64,000 nt of DNA from Lama glama (taxonomy: Eukaryota), in contig CM052818.1 of the NCBI GenBank assembly GCA_028534125.1, forward strand, positions 47,308,001-47,372,000. The letters are read 5' to 3'. The notes below the pieces were generated by a model, which was not told the DNA's origin, made no database searches, and worked only from the letters and a program-made list of their open reading frames with translations. Below, one piece after another: positions 12,101-25,329 of this stretch (position 1 is its first letter; each line of letters opens with the position of its first letter). A program made the position numbers and the translations under genes.

Positions 12101-14519
12101 TTGAAAGCACAAAGGGGAAAAGAAAGATCACAGGACAGCATCACCAGGGGAGGGCACCTCTGCGTCTACTTCTGTGTCATAGAGTTTTTGTGACTGCCTC
12201 CCACACACAGCGTCCTGGCCGCCGGCAATGGATTCTTTTTGAGTTGCCTGTATCTCACATACACACTTTTATAATAATCTGCTCAATTTGGTAAGATATT
12301 TATTTAATAAGATATGTATTGCATACGTACGATGTGTCAGACCCTGATTATGTCTCTGGAGATGTAGCAGTGAAATTATATTTTAGAAGAACAAACTGAT
12401 CTATGAATGAATAAGTGGATGAATGAATTCTGCATGGAGTCTTTGACTACATTAATTAAGTACAAGAACTCCACTTTGACAGGACCACCCCATGGTGCTG
12501 CTGGATCACCGGTAAAAAGCTGTTGACCAGTAGCTCTATGTTAAAGTGTCCCTTGAAAGTCACAGTGCTGGAGCTTAGGACAAGCCTCCAGGTCACAGGT
12601 GGTGGAGCTGAAAAGTGAGCAAGTTCACGAGTGGCATTTGGCCGTATTCACAGGGCTACGTCTGGACGTTCCCAAGGAAGTCTGGGCTGATTATGCGGGC
12701 GCTCCAAAGGCAAACACAACTTGTGTCTAGCCTTTGTTTTCCCTTTCCGCAGAGCCTTTCAGTCTCTGCTTCATTGTTTTTGTTCGCAGTCTCCTTATGT
12801 TCAACCCTTCCGCTCAGTTTGCAGATGTGGCTGGAATCTGCTTGTCTCAGAGGGTCATTGATTGGCTGTAGCTACCAAGGTCACGGGCTACAAATTTTCA
12901 AGGGTGTCTGTTTGGTAGAGGTTGACACTGGTCTTAGGCAAAAACAGGACAGAGGCCAAGTCATGGGCAGTCAGCACACACAGCTGATCTGACCTCATGA
13001 GGTTAGCAAACATTTGATTCTGGAAGTGCCTAAGGGGCCAATAGCCACGTTAGGGTGTCGGGCTTCCGAGAGAGGCTCTGATAAGAATTGTTCCATTGCT
13101 TCCTCCTCCTTTATTTTTCGTGGGGGGACCTTGGCTCTGCCAAGTGCCCTCCTCCACAGCGACCTTCTGCCTGGAAACACGGGTCACTTGTTGTCTTCTG
13201 AACAGGTCAGTCCTCGGAGGGCTTGTGGTCAGCTTTCTCTGAGTCTGGAGCTGGTCTCCACCAGAATGATGCTCATCCAGGGAGTCACACTCCCAAGAGA
13301 CGAGGACTCTAGAAGTGGGGCTTAAGGCCATGCCTCTCGAGGATGTCAAATTCCAAATGTTAGAAATGGCCCAAGGCTCCCCGTAGGCCCCAGCTTGCCT
13401 TCCGTACAGACATGTCCACATGATGCATCATTCAGTCAACTTTCCAAACTGACCTGGAGCACATACACTGTCGCTGACAGCAACGCTCGCGAGAACTGTC
13501 ACTAACAAGATCTCCACCCTTAACAGCACCGAGCTGAGCTGTGTGTGCGTGTTGCTGTGGCTGAGGTTGTTTTTTAAGCTACTCAAACATGTTTAGCTAT
13601 GTTCCCCAGAGCTCATGATTGACTATTAATGAAAGTTATATTTATGCACTGCTGATACTTCTTTTTTTCAAATAAAGCTTTATTTTACCTCTTTTTTAGT
13701 CTTCTTTGACAGCTACTAATTTTAATTGATTCTATAGTTAATGTGACATAAAGGACAATGATGAAGAATGAAAACACAAAGATTCTGGTCTAGTATTGTG
13801 ACTTACTGACTGTGTGGTTTTGAGTGAGTCACAAAGTCACTGACCCTTAAAAAGTCTTACTTGAAAAACAGTGTAATCTCAGCCCCAGTGGTGCAGATGT
13901 TTTAAAAATAAATCAGATAAAAATTTCAAATTGTTCATTAACTATTAGGTAATATAAATGCGAAGCAGTTATGGTGTAGTTATAAATCTTTTTATGGTTG
14001 CCATTAATTCTGTTGACCATTTGCTGGCATTTCTGTAAACTTTCATGAGGACAAAAATTATAATTTGAACGCATGCTTGTGCACAGTCATATTAAAACAC
14101 CCAGTGCAGTGTGTGCACCATGGGAGACACTCAAGAAATATTAGGTACAGAGTGAATAACTCTTCCAGATGAGGGGTTTTCGAAGAGAAGATAACAAGCT
14201 ACTAGTGGACCATACTGAATTTAGTGAACCATGGCAGTATTAGAAAAATAAGTAGAACAGGATGGAAGAAGAAAATGTTAGTGCAAAACTGTTGGTAAAG
14301 TTGAGAAATTATTGAGTTGCCCTTGTCATTTGTCACAGATGTATTTGCATTTGTGTAAACCAGAGGGTGTAATGCACTTACACCACCTATTTGGAGACAA
14401 GGCTAAGAAGGTTTTGAAACTTTCTCCAGACAAGAGGAACTCAGGTTTTTAATCTATGGAGTGTTACACAACAGAAGATATGCGTGAAGGATATTCTGGG
14501 TCAAAAGGACTTAAGAAAG

Positions 14520-15760
14520 TGAGTGAATGTAGCTATCAAGTCAGCAATTCTTCCTTTCCTCCTCTTGGAAACGATACAAAAGCAAAAGGAAGAATATAAA
14601 AAAAAGTACAATCTCCTTCTTCAGTGGAACTTGGTCACACATATGATCCACAGATTCCTAACACATATGGAAAGCCTGTCAAAAAGACCCAAGATCGTGC
14701 AGAAATTCTGGTGTGAGGAAGGGAAAAGAAGAAGTTCAGAGCTAGTGCAGCAGCTGACCTTGGAACGGACCAGCCAAATACACTTCCTGAAGACAAGAAG
14801 GAAACCACAAAGGGGAACGTTTTGCCGGTGGTGTAGCAATAATGGGTTTGGACAGTGGAAAGAGCAGAGATGGTGATGGAATTGTTTCTGAACCTAGTTT
14901 GAATCAGGCAAAAAGGTAAGGAAGGGTATAGACTGGCTCCCAGATAGGATTAGAAGGAAAATGTTTTTTGTGGGAGCAGAAACCAGAGAGCCTTTGAGCT
15001 GTGAGCCTTGGATTATGGCTCTGCTGTACTAGTTCCTCTCTGAACCCCACTACTCAGAAAGTCCTATAAAGAGAATCTAAGAAAATCCAGCCTAGTCAAT
15101 GCTAGCTGGTTAAATAAAGGAGATGCCACAATGATACAAAATACTTAAATAAATGCAAAAAAAAATTGACAGCACATGATCACTTGCCATGTAGCAATGA
15201 AAAAATTTTCCAAACGTTTCCCCATTAAAAACACCAACATCACAAAAATATTGATGTTGAAATAGTTAATTCTGAGAGCGAAGATCACAATTCAGAAATG
15301 CAGGACTTGAGGGAAGAAACTCCAAGCTGATGGGAGAAAATAAAACATTTGCTGGCAAAACTCAAAAAAAAAGGTGGGAAAAAAGGAACCAAAGCATCAA
15401 AAATATAAAAGGTGGAACTTCACAAAACCTACCAAGAGACAGGCTGGAAATAAAGCTCAGAAGTTAAAAAAAGAAAGAAGGAAAGGCAGACAAAGAATAG
15501 AAAAGGATGAAAAGAAAGTGATAGCCATGAAGGACCAGAAAAGCAGAGTTAACACACATACAATTGGAGGTCCCCAAGAAGCAGTAGGACAGACTAGCAT
15601 ATACAGATATTTAATGTTATGAAGGAAAAACAATTTCTTCCCTGAAATGAAAAAAAAAAAGACTTTGCATACTGAAAGCTCCACTATAAATGATAACAGG
15701 GACCTCAAGCTAGAGGCCAGCATTTTTCTTAATGGGAGGAACACTGGAAGCATTTTAGTT
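14520..15760 (+). mobile_element. Ancient L1 5'/ORF1-type (L1ME/HAL1-like) fragment
   Basis: A-rich. ORF 15374-15622 contains KKVIAMKDQKSRVNTHTIGGPQE, a decayed form of the L1 ORF1p motif 'DLEDRSRRSNIRIIGVPE'. Confidence 0.65.
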
Positions 15761-16590
15761 AAAATAAGCTAAAACCACCCAAGTGAAGTCCCACCGCAGA
15801 GTCGCTAGCTGCTTTAGCTGGAGAAGTAGCAAAAAGATATAAAAAAACTTCAAAGGAATAAGTAAAATAATTTTTTTGCCATAGCAACACTTTCGTCTCT
15901 CTCTGTGCCTTAAATTGAATACAACATGAGACAAGAGTGTGACATTTTCCCCAACCTGGTGGCCTTTTGTCCCAACATGATTTATCAAATATGCCACCCA
16001 TTTGCTCACTGCTTAAAATGTCCGCTTATACCCAACATCTAGTTTATGCCTCTGTTTTCTTCCATTCACATATTTGTCAAGTTCTCTACATGTCAGGACT
16101 CACTTAGGTTCTAAATTTTTGTGTTATATTTTGATAGCGAGCATCCATCACCCTTTTCAAAATTAAAAATAATTTTCCCACATCTAAAAGTACCCAGAAA
16201 ATCAGCATTTTTATCAAATATTTTAAAAAACCTACAACAGCGAGATTGAGCGATGTCCAACCTCCCTCCACACATTCAGCATTGCTCAGGGTGTGGGTAA
16301 ATGAGTATTACCATCATCTGTTCCTGGGAAGGAAACTGAGGCAGCCTTTATGAAGGGAGATTATTTAACAATAATATATGAATTGTCCATCTGTTACCTT
16401 ATTATATATTCAAACATCATCAGGCCATCAGCCAATCACCCAGACGTGTGTAATAATAATCAAACGTAATCATCTCTTATATTTTGCTGAATTTTAGTTT
16501 CATAAAAGCATAATTTTTCATCTGTAATATGAAGTTTTATTTATCCAAGTAGTCAGATAAAATCTATTTTATTTAACAGTTTCTCGAGGT

Positions 16591-16721
16591 GGGGAGGGTG
16601 CAGCTCAGTGGTAGAGCATGTGCTTAGCATGCACGAGGTCCTGGGTTCAATCCCCAGTACCTCCATTAAATAAATAAATAAACTTAATTACCATCCCCCA
16701 AAACAAAAATTGAAAAAAAAA
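16591..16721 (+). mobile_element. Vic-1-type camelid SINE (tRNA-Ala derived)
   Basis: GGGGAGGGTGCAGCTCAGTGGTAGAGCATGTGCTTAGCATGCACGAGGTCCTGGGTTCAATCCCCAGTACCTCCA followed by (TAAA)n and an A-rich tail. B-box GGTTCAATCCC at 16644-16654. Confidence 0.9.
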
Positions 16722-19279
16722 TTTCTTGGTTTGCTTTATAACTTTCAAATATTTCGACTAATGGCCTTCTCTCTCTACTCTTGCCAGGGGCCCTGCATAT
16801 TTAGGGAGGGGCCTCCCCAGACGCTGCCCATCACCTCTCACCTCTGTGACCTCTCACCTCTGTGAGGTCTGGGCCTCTGCTCATCAGCTGTGGGTCCCCG
16901 GGCAGTGGCTTTACTCTCTGAGCATTGGGCTACCCCAGCAGCCCTGCTGTCCCGAGTCTGTTTTTGGAAAGTGCTCTGTACACCAGAGGGTCCTTTGACT
17001 TGAACTCGGTGGCCTTATTTCCAGAGCAGACTCTGGTTGTCTCAAGGGCAGTGACCTTGACTTCTGGCATTTCCCTCGGGAGAAGGCCTGGCTGCAGAGG
17101 GCCTGGGGAGCTGAGAACATGGTGGAGAGTCTTCGACCCTGGGCGTTACTGCTGCCATCTTGCGGGGAAGGGAGGACCAGCAGCCTCTGCCTACCTGGCC
17201 GGAGGCCCCCCTTTGGCTGTTAGGCTGGGAGGATGGACCTGATGACCCTGGTCCCCACTGCTGCTCTCTCCTCCTCTCCCCTCTCTGCAGCTCATCGCTA
17301 CCCCGACCTGCCTCCTGCCTCCTCTCTCTGAATCTGTTGGCCACAGTAGCCCTCCCTCTGGCCAAAGCCACTGAAGTATGTCTTTGTTCACTGACATCTG
17401 GGTCGACAAATCTCCACAGTCCCTACTCACCACCCTTCCTTTGCAGAAACTTCCAGAAGGCCAGAAAGAATCCTCTGCAGAGCGGGGTGGGGAGTAGTGG
17501 AGAGGAGCCAGCAGGATTACAGGAGTTGACGTGCGTGCTTTCCATGTGGGCTAGTGTGGGGGTCCGAGTAAGCTGATACTCCGGCAGCCCAGTGCTAAAT
17601 AATGCCAGTCCAACTCCACCGAACGTACCCCAGGCGGAGCCCTGCGTGGCGTTCCTTGAGGGGTATGGACCAGGAACCATCCAGCTGGCTGCTGAATTTC
17701 CTCCTGGGTGACCCTCAGCTCCCAGCCACGCAAACTGACCACCCTTGCCTCCCAAGCACCCCCTCCATGCACCCCACACCTACACCCAACTCAGGCTCCC
17801 GGGACCCAACTCCAGATCTGGAGAACATACTCATGCCCACTGGGATACAAATGTAAGGGATGCATGATTTTATTTCTCCAGAAGAGCTGTTTGATCTTAT
17901 TTAAATGAAAATGAAGTATTTACATCAATCTCCTTTTAATATCAAGTCCTATCTAGCATTCATCTTGGAAAGTTCTGTAAGATTACAACACCATGACTAG
18001 AGTTTATTCAGGGATACTCCTGTGACTGCTTGTTATAGATCATATTTTAGTCCCTGGACAATTTTGTGATGCGGACAAACTTCATAGGTGTATAATGTTT
18101 CTAAAAAGATGGAAAAAAATATAGCAAAACTAGGTGTGACTTGATTACCAAGGTCTGGGAAGTATTTCTGGCAGAACTATTCTCCCCAGAAGAAAACAGA
18201 AATGCTCTACTGAGAGGGAAATGGAAGTGGGAACAATCGGTATTTCCCTGGGTCACCTGGGAAGCCCACTGGTCAGGTCCTTCCACTGAATAAATCAGTT
18301 TAAGATGCGGACGGAAATCGTTCTCAGACTTGGGTTTTCTTGATGTACAATTGTAATAATTCCATAGGTTCAAATTACCTTCTTTGCAAGTAAAACAATA
18401 CAAGGGAACATATGTAAGTTGTTAAAGAGGGATCTCCTGGGGAGGTGGGGAGAACGAAGCCACCACGTCAATTTTCTGCCTTTTTTTTTTTTTCAAGTGT
18501 TTTGGGCTGTGAAACACGAGCGTCTTCCAAAATCACATTAGTTGAAACCTTGGGTGGTTGGGGAGTGAAGGCCAGGAGACGTGTCCCAGCGAGCGCTGCT
18601 CTCTGAGGCTGTTGTCATTACATCACTCACAGCCCGTCTGACACGTTCCCCATCCCGCCCACCGAGAGGTCTCGGAGCTCTTAGTTCTCACCCAGCATCG
18701 CGGGCTGGCAGGTGCAGGGAGAGAACCAGCAGAAGACAGACCACACCAGCGCAGACCCTGAAGCTTCCCCCCACGAAGGACCCTCGAGAACAGAGTATTC
18801 AGCTTTTTCCCTTTTGCCCCACTTGTATTTAGAGAAAAGCTAGGTTGTCAGGAGGTCAAAAGGGAGTAAGGGATGCAGGGAAGACCCCACGCAGGTGAGA
18901 GGGTGTCCCGTCCCAAGGGCTTAGGGGCCAGTGGCGGAGGAAGGACGGTGGGGAACTGGAATGCGGGGGCTGGGAGGTTGGCCAGGGGTTCCCACGTTAG
19001 TTTGCATGTGACCAGACGCAGAAAGAACTTTGTAAGAGGGTGAAGAAAATGCCCCACTGCAGGGAAAGGCTTTACTAACTTATAAGAGGGAGCTCTTCAC
19101 CAATTACCAGCACAATTAGGACCATTTCTTATGGAAAACACTATGCCTGTGTTTTTTCATGGATTTCTCCAGGCGATGGACTGCAATGAATATTGCTAAG
19201 TGGTTTCTACTCCCCATTCTCCCGACAGGTCCAAGAATGGTAGTTTCCTCAGCCACAGAAAGGGATGGCCAGTCTGCTG

Positions 19280-19640
19280 CCAGCGAGTCGCTGCTCCAGG
19301 CACTGAGGATGCAGCGATAAACAGGAACCATTTTTTCTAGCATACATCCTAGTAACGCGAGTTCGCTGAAATAAACAAATGAAAAAGAAAGGACATATGT
19401 AATGTCAGAGCTTAATCAGTGCTGAGAATGAGTATAAAGCAGGATAAAGGGAGGGAAAGTACTGTGGACGACGTTCTCTCTGATTAGGTGGACTTTGAGA
19501 AGATACTTGCAGGAAATTGAGTGGAGAGCTATGCAGATACAGGCATGGAGTGGGTTCCAGGCAGAGCAGACAGCGATGCAAACAGCCTGAGGCTGGAGAT
19601 CGTTGGGCCAATGTAGCTGGAGCATCAGTGAGTGGAGAAT
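19280..19640 (-). mobile_element. L2 3' region
   Basis: CCAGGCACTGAGGATGCAGCGATAAACAG...TTCCAGGCAGAGCAGACAGCGATGCAAACAGCCTGAGGC...GTAGCTGGAGCA. Confidence 0.85.
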
Positions 19641-20299
19641 GGTAAGCTGGCGGCTCCTGGCAGAAAGGTAGTTTTCGAGAAGGCAGGGTGTGCAAAAAAT
19701 TAACTTAGTTCTAAAATAACTTATGCAAGGTATTAATAATTATATTAATATAGCTTGTTCATTGAAAATTGCATTAATAAAACAATAATTATAGACAAGA
19801 TACAAGGAAAAAATGAACAGACTCTCCCAGATAGAGCCATGTCCCTCATCAGTTCACTGCTTCTCACATCCAAATGCACCTTTTCAATACACGCTCTGAG
19901 TGAGAAACAACAGAATTAGTGCCTCTAAGTGTTTCTCTCTTAAAAGGAGCACCATGTTAAGCTTTTCCAGGAGAGGGTGCTGGAGGGACATTGCAGGGAG
20001 AAGAGGCTTCCCATAATTCCCAGAGTCGGGGGGAGCTCCGCCATGGGGGTGTGGGGACCCCCAGGAGAGGCTGGAACTCCTTGGCCTGGCCCCCAGCCCT
20101 GCCCACCTTCCTCCTGCAACCCTGGTCTGGCAGTGACCTTTCCACGGCCCTTTTAATACGGAAACTGGGTAGCTGTCTCGAACCTCTGCATCACTTCCTT
20201 CAGATCCGGGACTTCCATCTGAACTAGACTGTGAACTGCTTAGAGAAAAATCATTCTGTTTTTGTTTGTTTTTTTCATCTTTGGATTTCCTAGACCAAA

Positions 20300-20568
20300 G
20301 AAAGGTCAGCAAACTGTGGCCTGCAGGCCAAATCCAGTCCATCACCAGATTTTTGTAAATAAAATTTGATTGGCACTCAGTCTCACTCATTTGTGTGTCC
20401 GTCACCTGAGTTTGTAAATAAAGTTCTATTGGCACTCAGTCTCACCCATTTGTGCCATCCCCGGCTGTTGGCTGTCCGCCAACAGCAGCAATGCAGTCTC
20501 CACGGAGACCATGTGACCGACAAAACATGAACTCCCTGACATTGGTAGAAAAAATTTGCCAGGCCCTG
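20300..20568. mobile_element. MER58 (hAT-Charlie) with internal ~59-bp duplication
   Basis: GGTCAGCAAACTGTGGCCTGCAGGCCAAATCCAG...TTTGTAAATAAAGTT...AAAAAATTTGCCAGGCCCTG. Confidence 0.85.
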
Positions 20569-21104
20569 CCCTAGGTCATAATAAACATTTTTTACATTTT
20601 TAGACAAATGAAATAAATTAAGTGGATTCATGCCCATAAAATTACTCCATCAGCTCCTTTACGACGACACTGCGATGTGTGGCAACATCCCCCACCCCCG
20701 CAGTCCGGCAAGAGGACGGCTTAAGCTCTTCAGAGAACTTATAAGAAGGGAACTACACTGTGATTAGGAAGGATTTTCCAAGCTTTAGACAAGCTTAGCT
20801 TTGTTTGAAAGGAATCATTATTTGTAGTGGAAGAGAAGGCAGCCTGCCAAGGGAGAAGAGAGCCCTCTTTTGTAAACAAAAGGGTTTCAAAGTGAAACCT
20901 GGGTCAGGCAAACAGTGTGTGTGTGTGTTGTCCGAGGTCCTGGGGACACCGGGGAGGCAGCTGCGGCAGGAACGCGGAACCCACCGCTCTCCAGGTGGGT
21001 GGCCCTGGGCGAATGTTGCCAATGTCACTGTGTCTTCCCCTCCTCACTTATAAAATAAAGGATTTAAATAAAGAGTTGCCAACACCAAAACAAGCATGAA
21101 AACA

Positions 21105-21200
21105 ACCTTGGTAGTTTTTTAGAAACACTGATCCTCAAATATCTCCTTGGAGGTTTTGATTCCGCCAAGTTAGAGATGGGACCCAGGAACACGACTCTAG
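21105..21200. mobile_element. MER5-like hAT fragment
   Basis: TTTAGAAACACTGAT...GGTTTTGATTCCGCCAAGTTAGAGATGGGACCCAGGAA. Confidence 0.5.
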
Positions 21201-21305
21201 GAAGCAGGTCAGGCCCGGAGAGTCAGCACAGGCACCTCTGAGTTAGAGGCTAATGGTCCTTCCAGATCAGTAATCTCATCCAGCCTTCAGATGCTTAGTC
21301 CTGGG

Positions 21306-21310
<5 letters not shown>

Positions 21311-21356
<46 letters not shown>
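21311..21356. repeat. (AC)n microsatellite
   Basis: Perfect AC run of about 23 units. Confidence 0.98.
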
Positions 21357-21362
<6 letters not shown>

Positions 21363-23299
21363 CCTTATGTTCTGGGTTTCCATATTTATGGGAAAAGACG
21401 ATGCACTTTTAATTAAACTGACCTTTCCCGAGGGTCCTGGGTATGCCAGGAGACACCCACCCCAAACTCATCTCTGCTTGTACGTTTCACTAAAATCAGA
21501 AGCCTCCTCATCTGCAGGGCGGCCACAGTCCCTGCTGACACAGGACCTGGGAAGGAGCCAAAAGGTGAGTGAGAGCCGCTGGGTTTCCTGTGCACCTGTG
21601 TTCTAACCATTTCCAAAAGCATGTTTTTCTTTCTGAAATCAAGGAGAAACGCACGGCCTCAGTGTTAATGCCAGTGCTTGGCATTTTCCAGTTTTCGTCG
21701 TGGTCATGGTTGATTTCTTGATGATTTAAGAAGGTGACTAGTTTCTGGTGAAATCTGGTCGACTATTTCCAGGGGCTCAAACAGCCCCGAAGATGAATTC
21801 GTCCCCTCCCTACCAGGTTGAAACAACTTGGCAAGTGCCTCATTTTCAAATGGGATTAACTTGGGTTTCTTTGAACAGATTGTCATGCATTTTAGTAAGT
21901 AAGTAGAGGTTAGAGCCACATGTGATTACATGAAATGCAGCGACGAGTTGAGAAGCGAGTAGAAAGCGAGTTTGAACCAGCAGACGGGCGCCGTTTCGGC
22001 ACACCTCGGGAGGGAAGCTGGGGACGCCGGGGAACGTGGCCTTACTTCGCAGCAGCCTCTCCCTCCCTCCGCCTTTCTGGTTACCTCCAACACCAAAGCC
22101 GCCACCGTGTTACCTAAGGTAGTTTTGCGTCATTAGCAGGATGATTCCACGCCACAACGCTGTCTGAACGTGTGTCTCACCCACTTTCCTGCCCCCTTAA
22201 TGCAGTGAGAAACAGACGACTCCACTGGTCCTCCAGCTCTAGATTTTTCCCGATGCCGTGGGGCAAACGTCAGTCCTATTCCAAACGGTCTCAAGGAGAA
22301 GAAGCAGATCCTGCGGCTCCCACCTGGCAACGGGAACAGTTTCTGTTCTGCTGCCTCCTGTTTAACCTGGGGCGTCACAAGCACCTGCTCACAACGCAGG
22401 AGAGGGGCACTGTGGCCACGCAACCCTCGCAGTGATGCAGGGACCGGCGTGCTAGGGTCTGGAACGCAGGGGCGGAAGCCGTGTCTTCTGCACTCAGGCG
22501 CCTCGTCGCTTAGTGGAGAAAGTGACATATAAAGCAATAATTAAAACACATAGTTATAAGTGCTACTCTGTGTAGCATTATTTTTAACATTCTTTTTTTT
22601 TAATTCTTTTTTTCCCCAGTTTTACTATGTAGAATTACTACAGTTCGATTGCACATACATATTACACTGCATGTAAATACATATAAACAGTATACTGCAC
22701 AGTTTTTAGGTTTCATTTATGTACTGATTATTGTCATATATGTTATATCATAGAATTATAATATCATATATGTACTTATTTTGTAGTTGGCTTTATTCCT
22801 TGATAACCATGTAAGTTTTAAAAAGCTAAAGATCTAATCTGTTCTTAGAAAAAATAATTTTTAACATTCTTTATTTGCACTATGTAACTGAAGTACCCTC
22901 CCCGAATAAGAATGAGCAGCAAAGGCTGCATGAGTGATCAGTCTATTCTCCATTCTAATTCCAAGGAGGAGCAGGTGGGCAAGCACGGGACAGAGGGCGG
23001 GTCGACCAGAGACACTGCCATGCTTCCAGCAGCCTGCTGGTGAGAAGAGCACAGGGTGCGTGGTCGGAAAGGTGAGAGGAGGTCAGAAATCTCTGCCCTG
23101 CTCTTAACAGACCCTTTCTAACTTCTTACCCAGGGTTCCCCCGAGATGTCACCTATCGGAAGTGCTGCTGTGAGAATTAAGTGAAATGACACAGGGGACG
23201 TGGCCAGTCAATCACCATTCATTTGATTCCTGTTTCAAAAGGCAGAGCAAGTTCCCTAATGAGGAGGTCCCATCCGTCCACCTTGCAAAGCGCCACTGA

Positions 23300-24140
23300 A
23301 TGTAACAGTTAAGAGTGACTGACGGGCTTCAAATCCCAGCTCCTCCCAGACGAGCTGTGTGTGTGCTTTCTGGACGTCTGTGTCCTCATGTGTGTGCGAA
23401 ACGGGGAACACAGGGACATTTCTCTTCTAGTGTGAAGGTGATGTGGGTCAGTAGATGTTCATAAAAAACAGACCCCAGAGTCTGGCATGAGTCAGATGCC
23501 ACTGTTCCTGTTACTGGAAACATCAGTGTGCTGCCTCTCCCCCTGTGCAAATCACCTTTATTTAAAGACAGTGTCTGTCCTGGGATAGAAAGGAACCATC
23601 TACACCTTAGTCTTCACTGAGCCGCGTGACTGCTTTTGGATGGAATTCCATCCATCCCAGCAGGACTACTGCCCCTGGACGCAGGCAGCTCTCTCCTGCA
23701 GGGACTGACTGCTGGCGGCAAAGGACCCCCCGCCCCCGCGTCTGGTCTCTGGTGTACACAGCACGCAAGCCCGGGATGAATGTTAAAACCAGAACGACCC
23801 TCGGAGGCAGCGCGTGCAGGCCCCTCATTTCATAAAGAGAGGCAGAGACACTGAGGAGGTTGAAGGCTTTGTCTCTGGCCAGCCGACATCAGGACCTGGG
23901 AGGGAACACTTTTCTCTCGCCCCTGCCGGCTGCTCATTCCAGAACATGTTAAAAGGAAATGGAAGGATCATGAACTTGGAGTTGGAAGGCAGGGCCCAAA
24001 TCTCGGCTCCTCTGACGTGTCACCTGACCGTCTTTAGCAAATACATGAAGAGATGAACTCCTTTCTCACGGAGCCGCTTTGAGGATTAAACAGGGTTCTG
24101 TGTGTGAAAGCACCTGGCTTGAAGCAGGTGCTTAATGAAC
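23300..24140. mobile_element. Cluster of MIR fragments (23300-23490 +, 23800-23900 -, 23960-24140 +)
   Basis: GGCTTCAAATCCCAGCTCC...AGCTGTGTG; CCCCTCATTTCATAAAGAGAGG...ACTGAGG; GCTTTGAGGATTAAAC...GTGAAAGCACCTGGC. Confidence 0.65.
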
Positions 24141-24229
24141 ATGTCTCTTCCCCGTTGCGGTAGAACGTGTGTATTTATAGATGCCTGGAAACAGGAGAGA
24201 GACCCAGAATTAACAAAGGCTCCTGATGG

Positions 24230-24780
24230 AGCAGCTGGCCCCGCTCCCGCGCCCAGGGGTGCGCGCAGGTGAGTGCCTTAAGGCACCGACCCGGAGCAGA
24301 CACCGATGGAGCAAAGAGCACCCCGGGCTCTCTTTTTTTCTGGGAATGAAAACCAACCGGCCAGGACGCTGTGGGAAAGGGGAGGGAGGCTGTGAAACCC
24401 ACAGGTGGCCCAGAGCACAGCGGTGATGAGAGTCAATGTCAAAGCTGTTTTCCTTTGGGCTGAGCCCGCCGCCAGGTTCGCAGGGGCCCGCGGCCAAGTC
24501 AGACAGGGCCGCCCGCGGTCAGGGCCGCTCCTGCTCCAGGCGCTCCCGGACGGACGGCGGCCTCGGGCTCTCGGGGCAAACGTCCGCCCCCTGTCACCGG
24601 GAGGCAGTGCACCTGTGCGGCTGCAACACGCCGGCCCAGAAGCCGGCCGCTCCGTTCCCACAGAGGCCCCCAGCTTTGCATTTTCTTTCAAGCATCGAGC
24701 ACTAACCGAACGCCAAGCCCTCAGCCAAGACTAAACATTTGCCTTGGCACCAGGCCACCCGCGCACAGGCCCCAGCGCTG
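24230..24780. promoter_or_regulatory. CpG-rich promoter/enhancer-like patch
   Basis: Dense CpG and high GC against the background. TGCGCGCA, perfect donor CAG|GTGAGT (GT at 24269), 14-bp palindrome at 24273-24286. Confidence 0.5.
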
Positions 24781-25329
24781 TCCCAGCGCCTTCAAAGAGC
24801 TTCACAGGTTGAAATTCAAGGGTATCATAAATTTGCCAGGTAGACAGTTGAATTGGAAGATTAGAATCACAGGGTGAGGTACTCAATTCAAGGAGAAGCC
24901 AAGAATACGCAGACCAGTCGCCCAGCATCCCGGGAGCCCAGTGACACATGGGATGACTTCCCTTCGCAGAGGGGTGGGGGGAGGGGCCACGCTCTGGCTG
25001 TGCCCTCCTGCTGAGCCCCCACAAAAATGAGTCCATGTCATGCCTCTTTGTTGGTGCACAGACTGAGGCTCACAGGTGATGGCTGACTGAGCACAAGGTC
25101 ACGGAGCTAATCTGTGATGGAGCCAGAATTTAAAAAAGATTGATTTAATTGAAAAAAACTCGAGTTGTTTTCACTATAGTCATGCGGAGAAGCAAAGGTA
25201 AGTGAAAAAGAAATTGAATATCCTCATGAGATAAGAGGCTTAACACAACTTAACAGAAGTGTGGATTTCTCCTTTAGAAGTCTGGAAACGGTACCCACCT
25301 GGACCAGCGCAGAAGACAAAAATTCAGGC

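Noticed and set aside
16594..16665. tRNA-Ala(AGC) gene
   Set aside because: The acceptor stem is mismatched, position 8 is C, and it is followed by an A-rich SINE tail instead of a T-run terminator. It is a SINE head.
19884..20435. 183-aa minus-strand ORF
   Set aside because: Starts within MER58 and its duplication; no protein-family resemblance.
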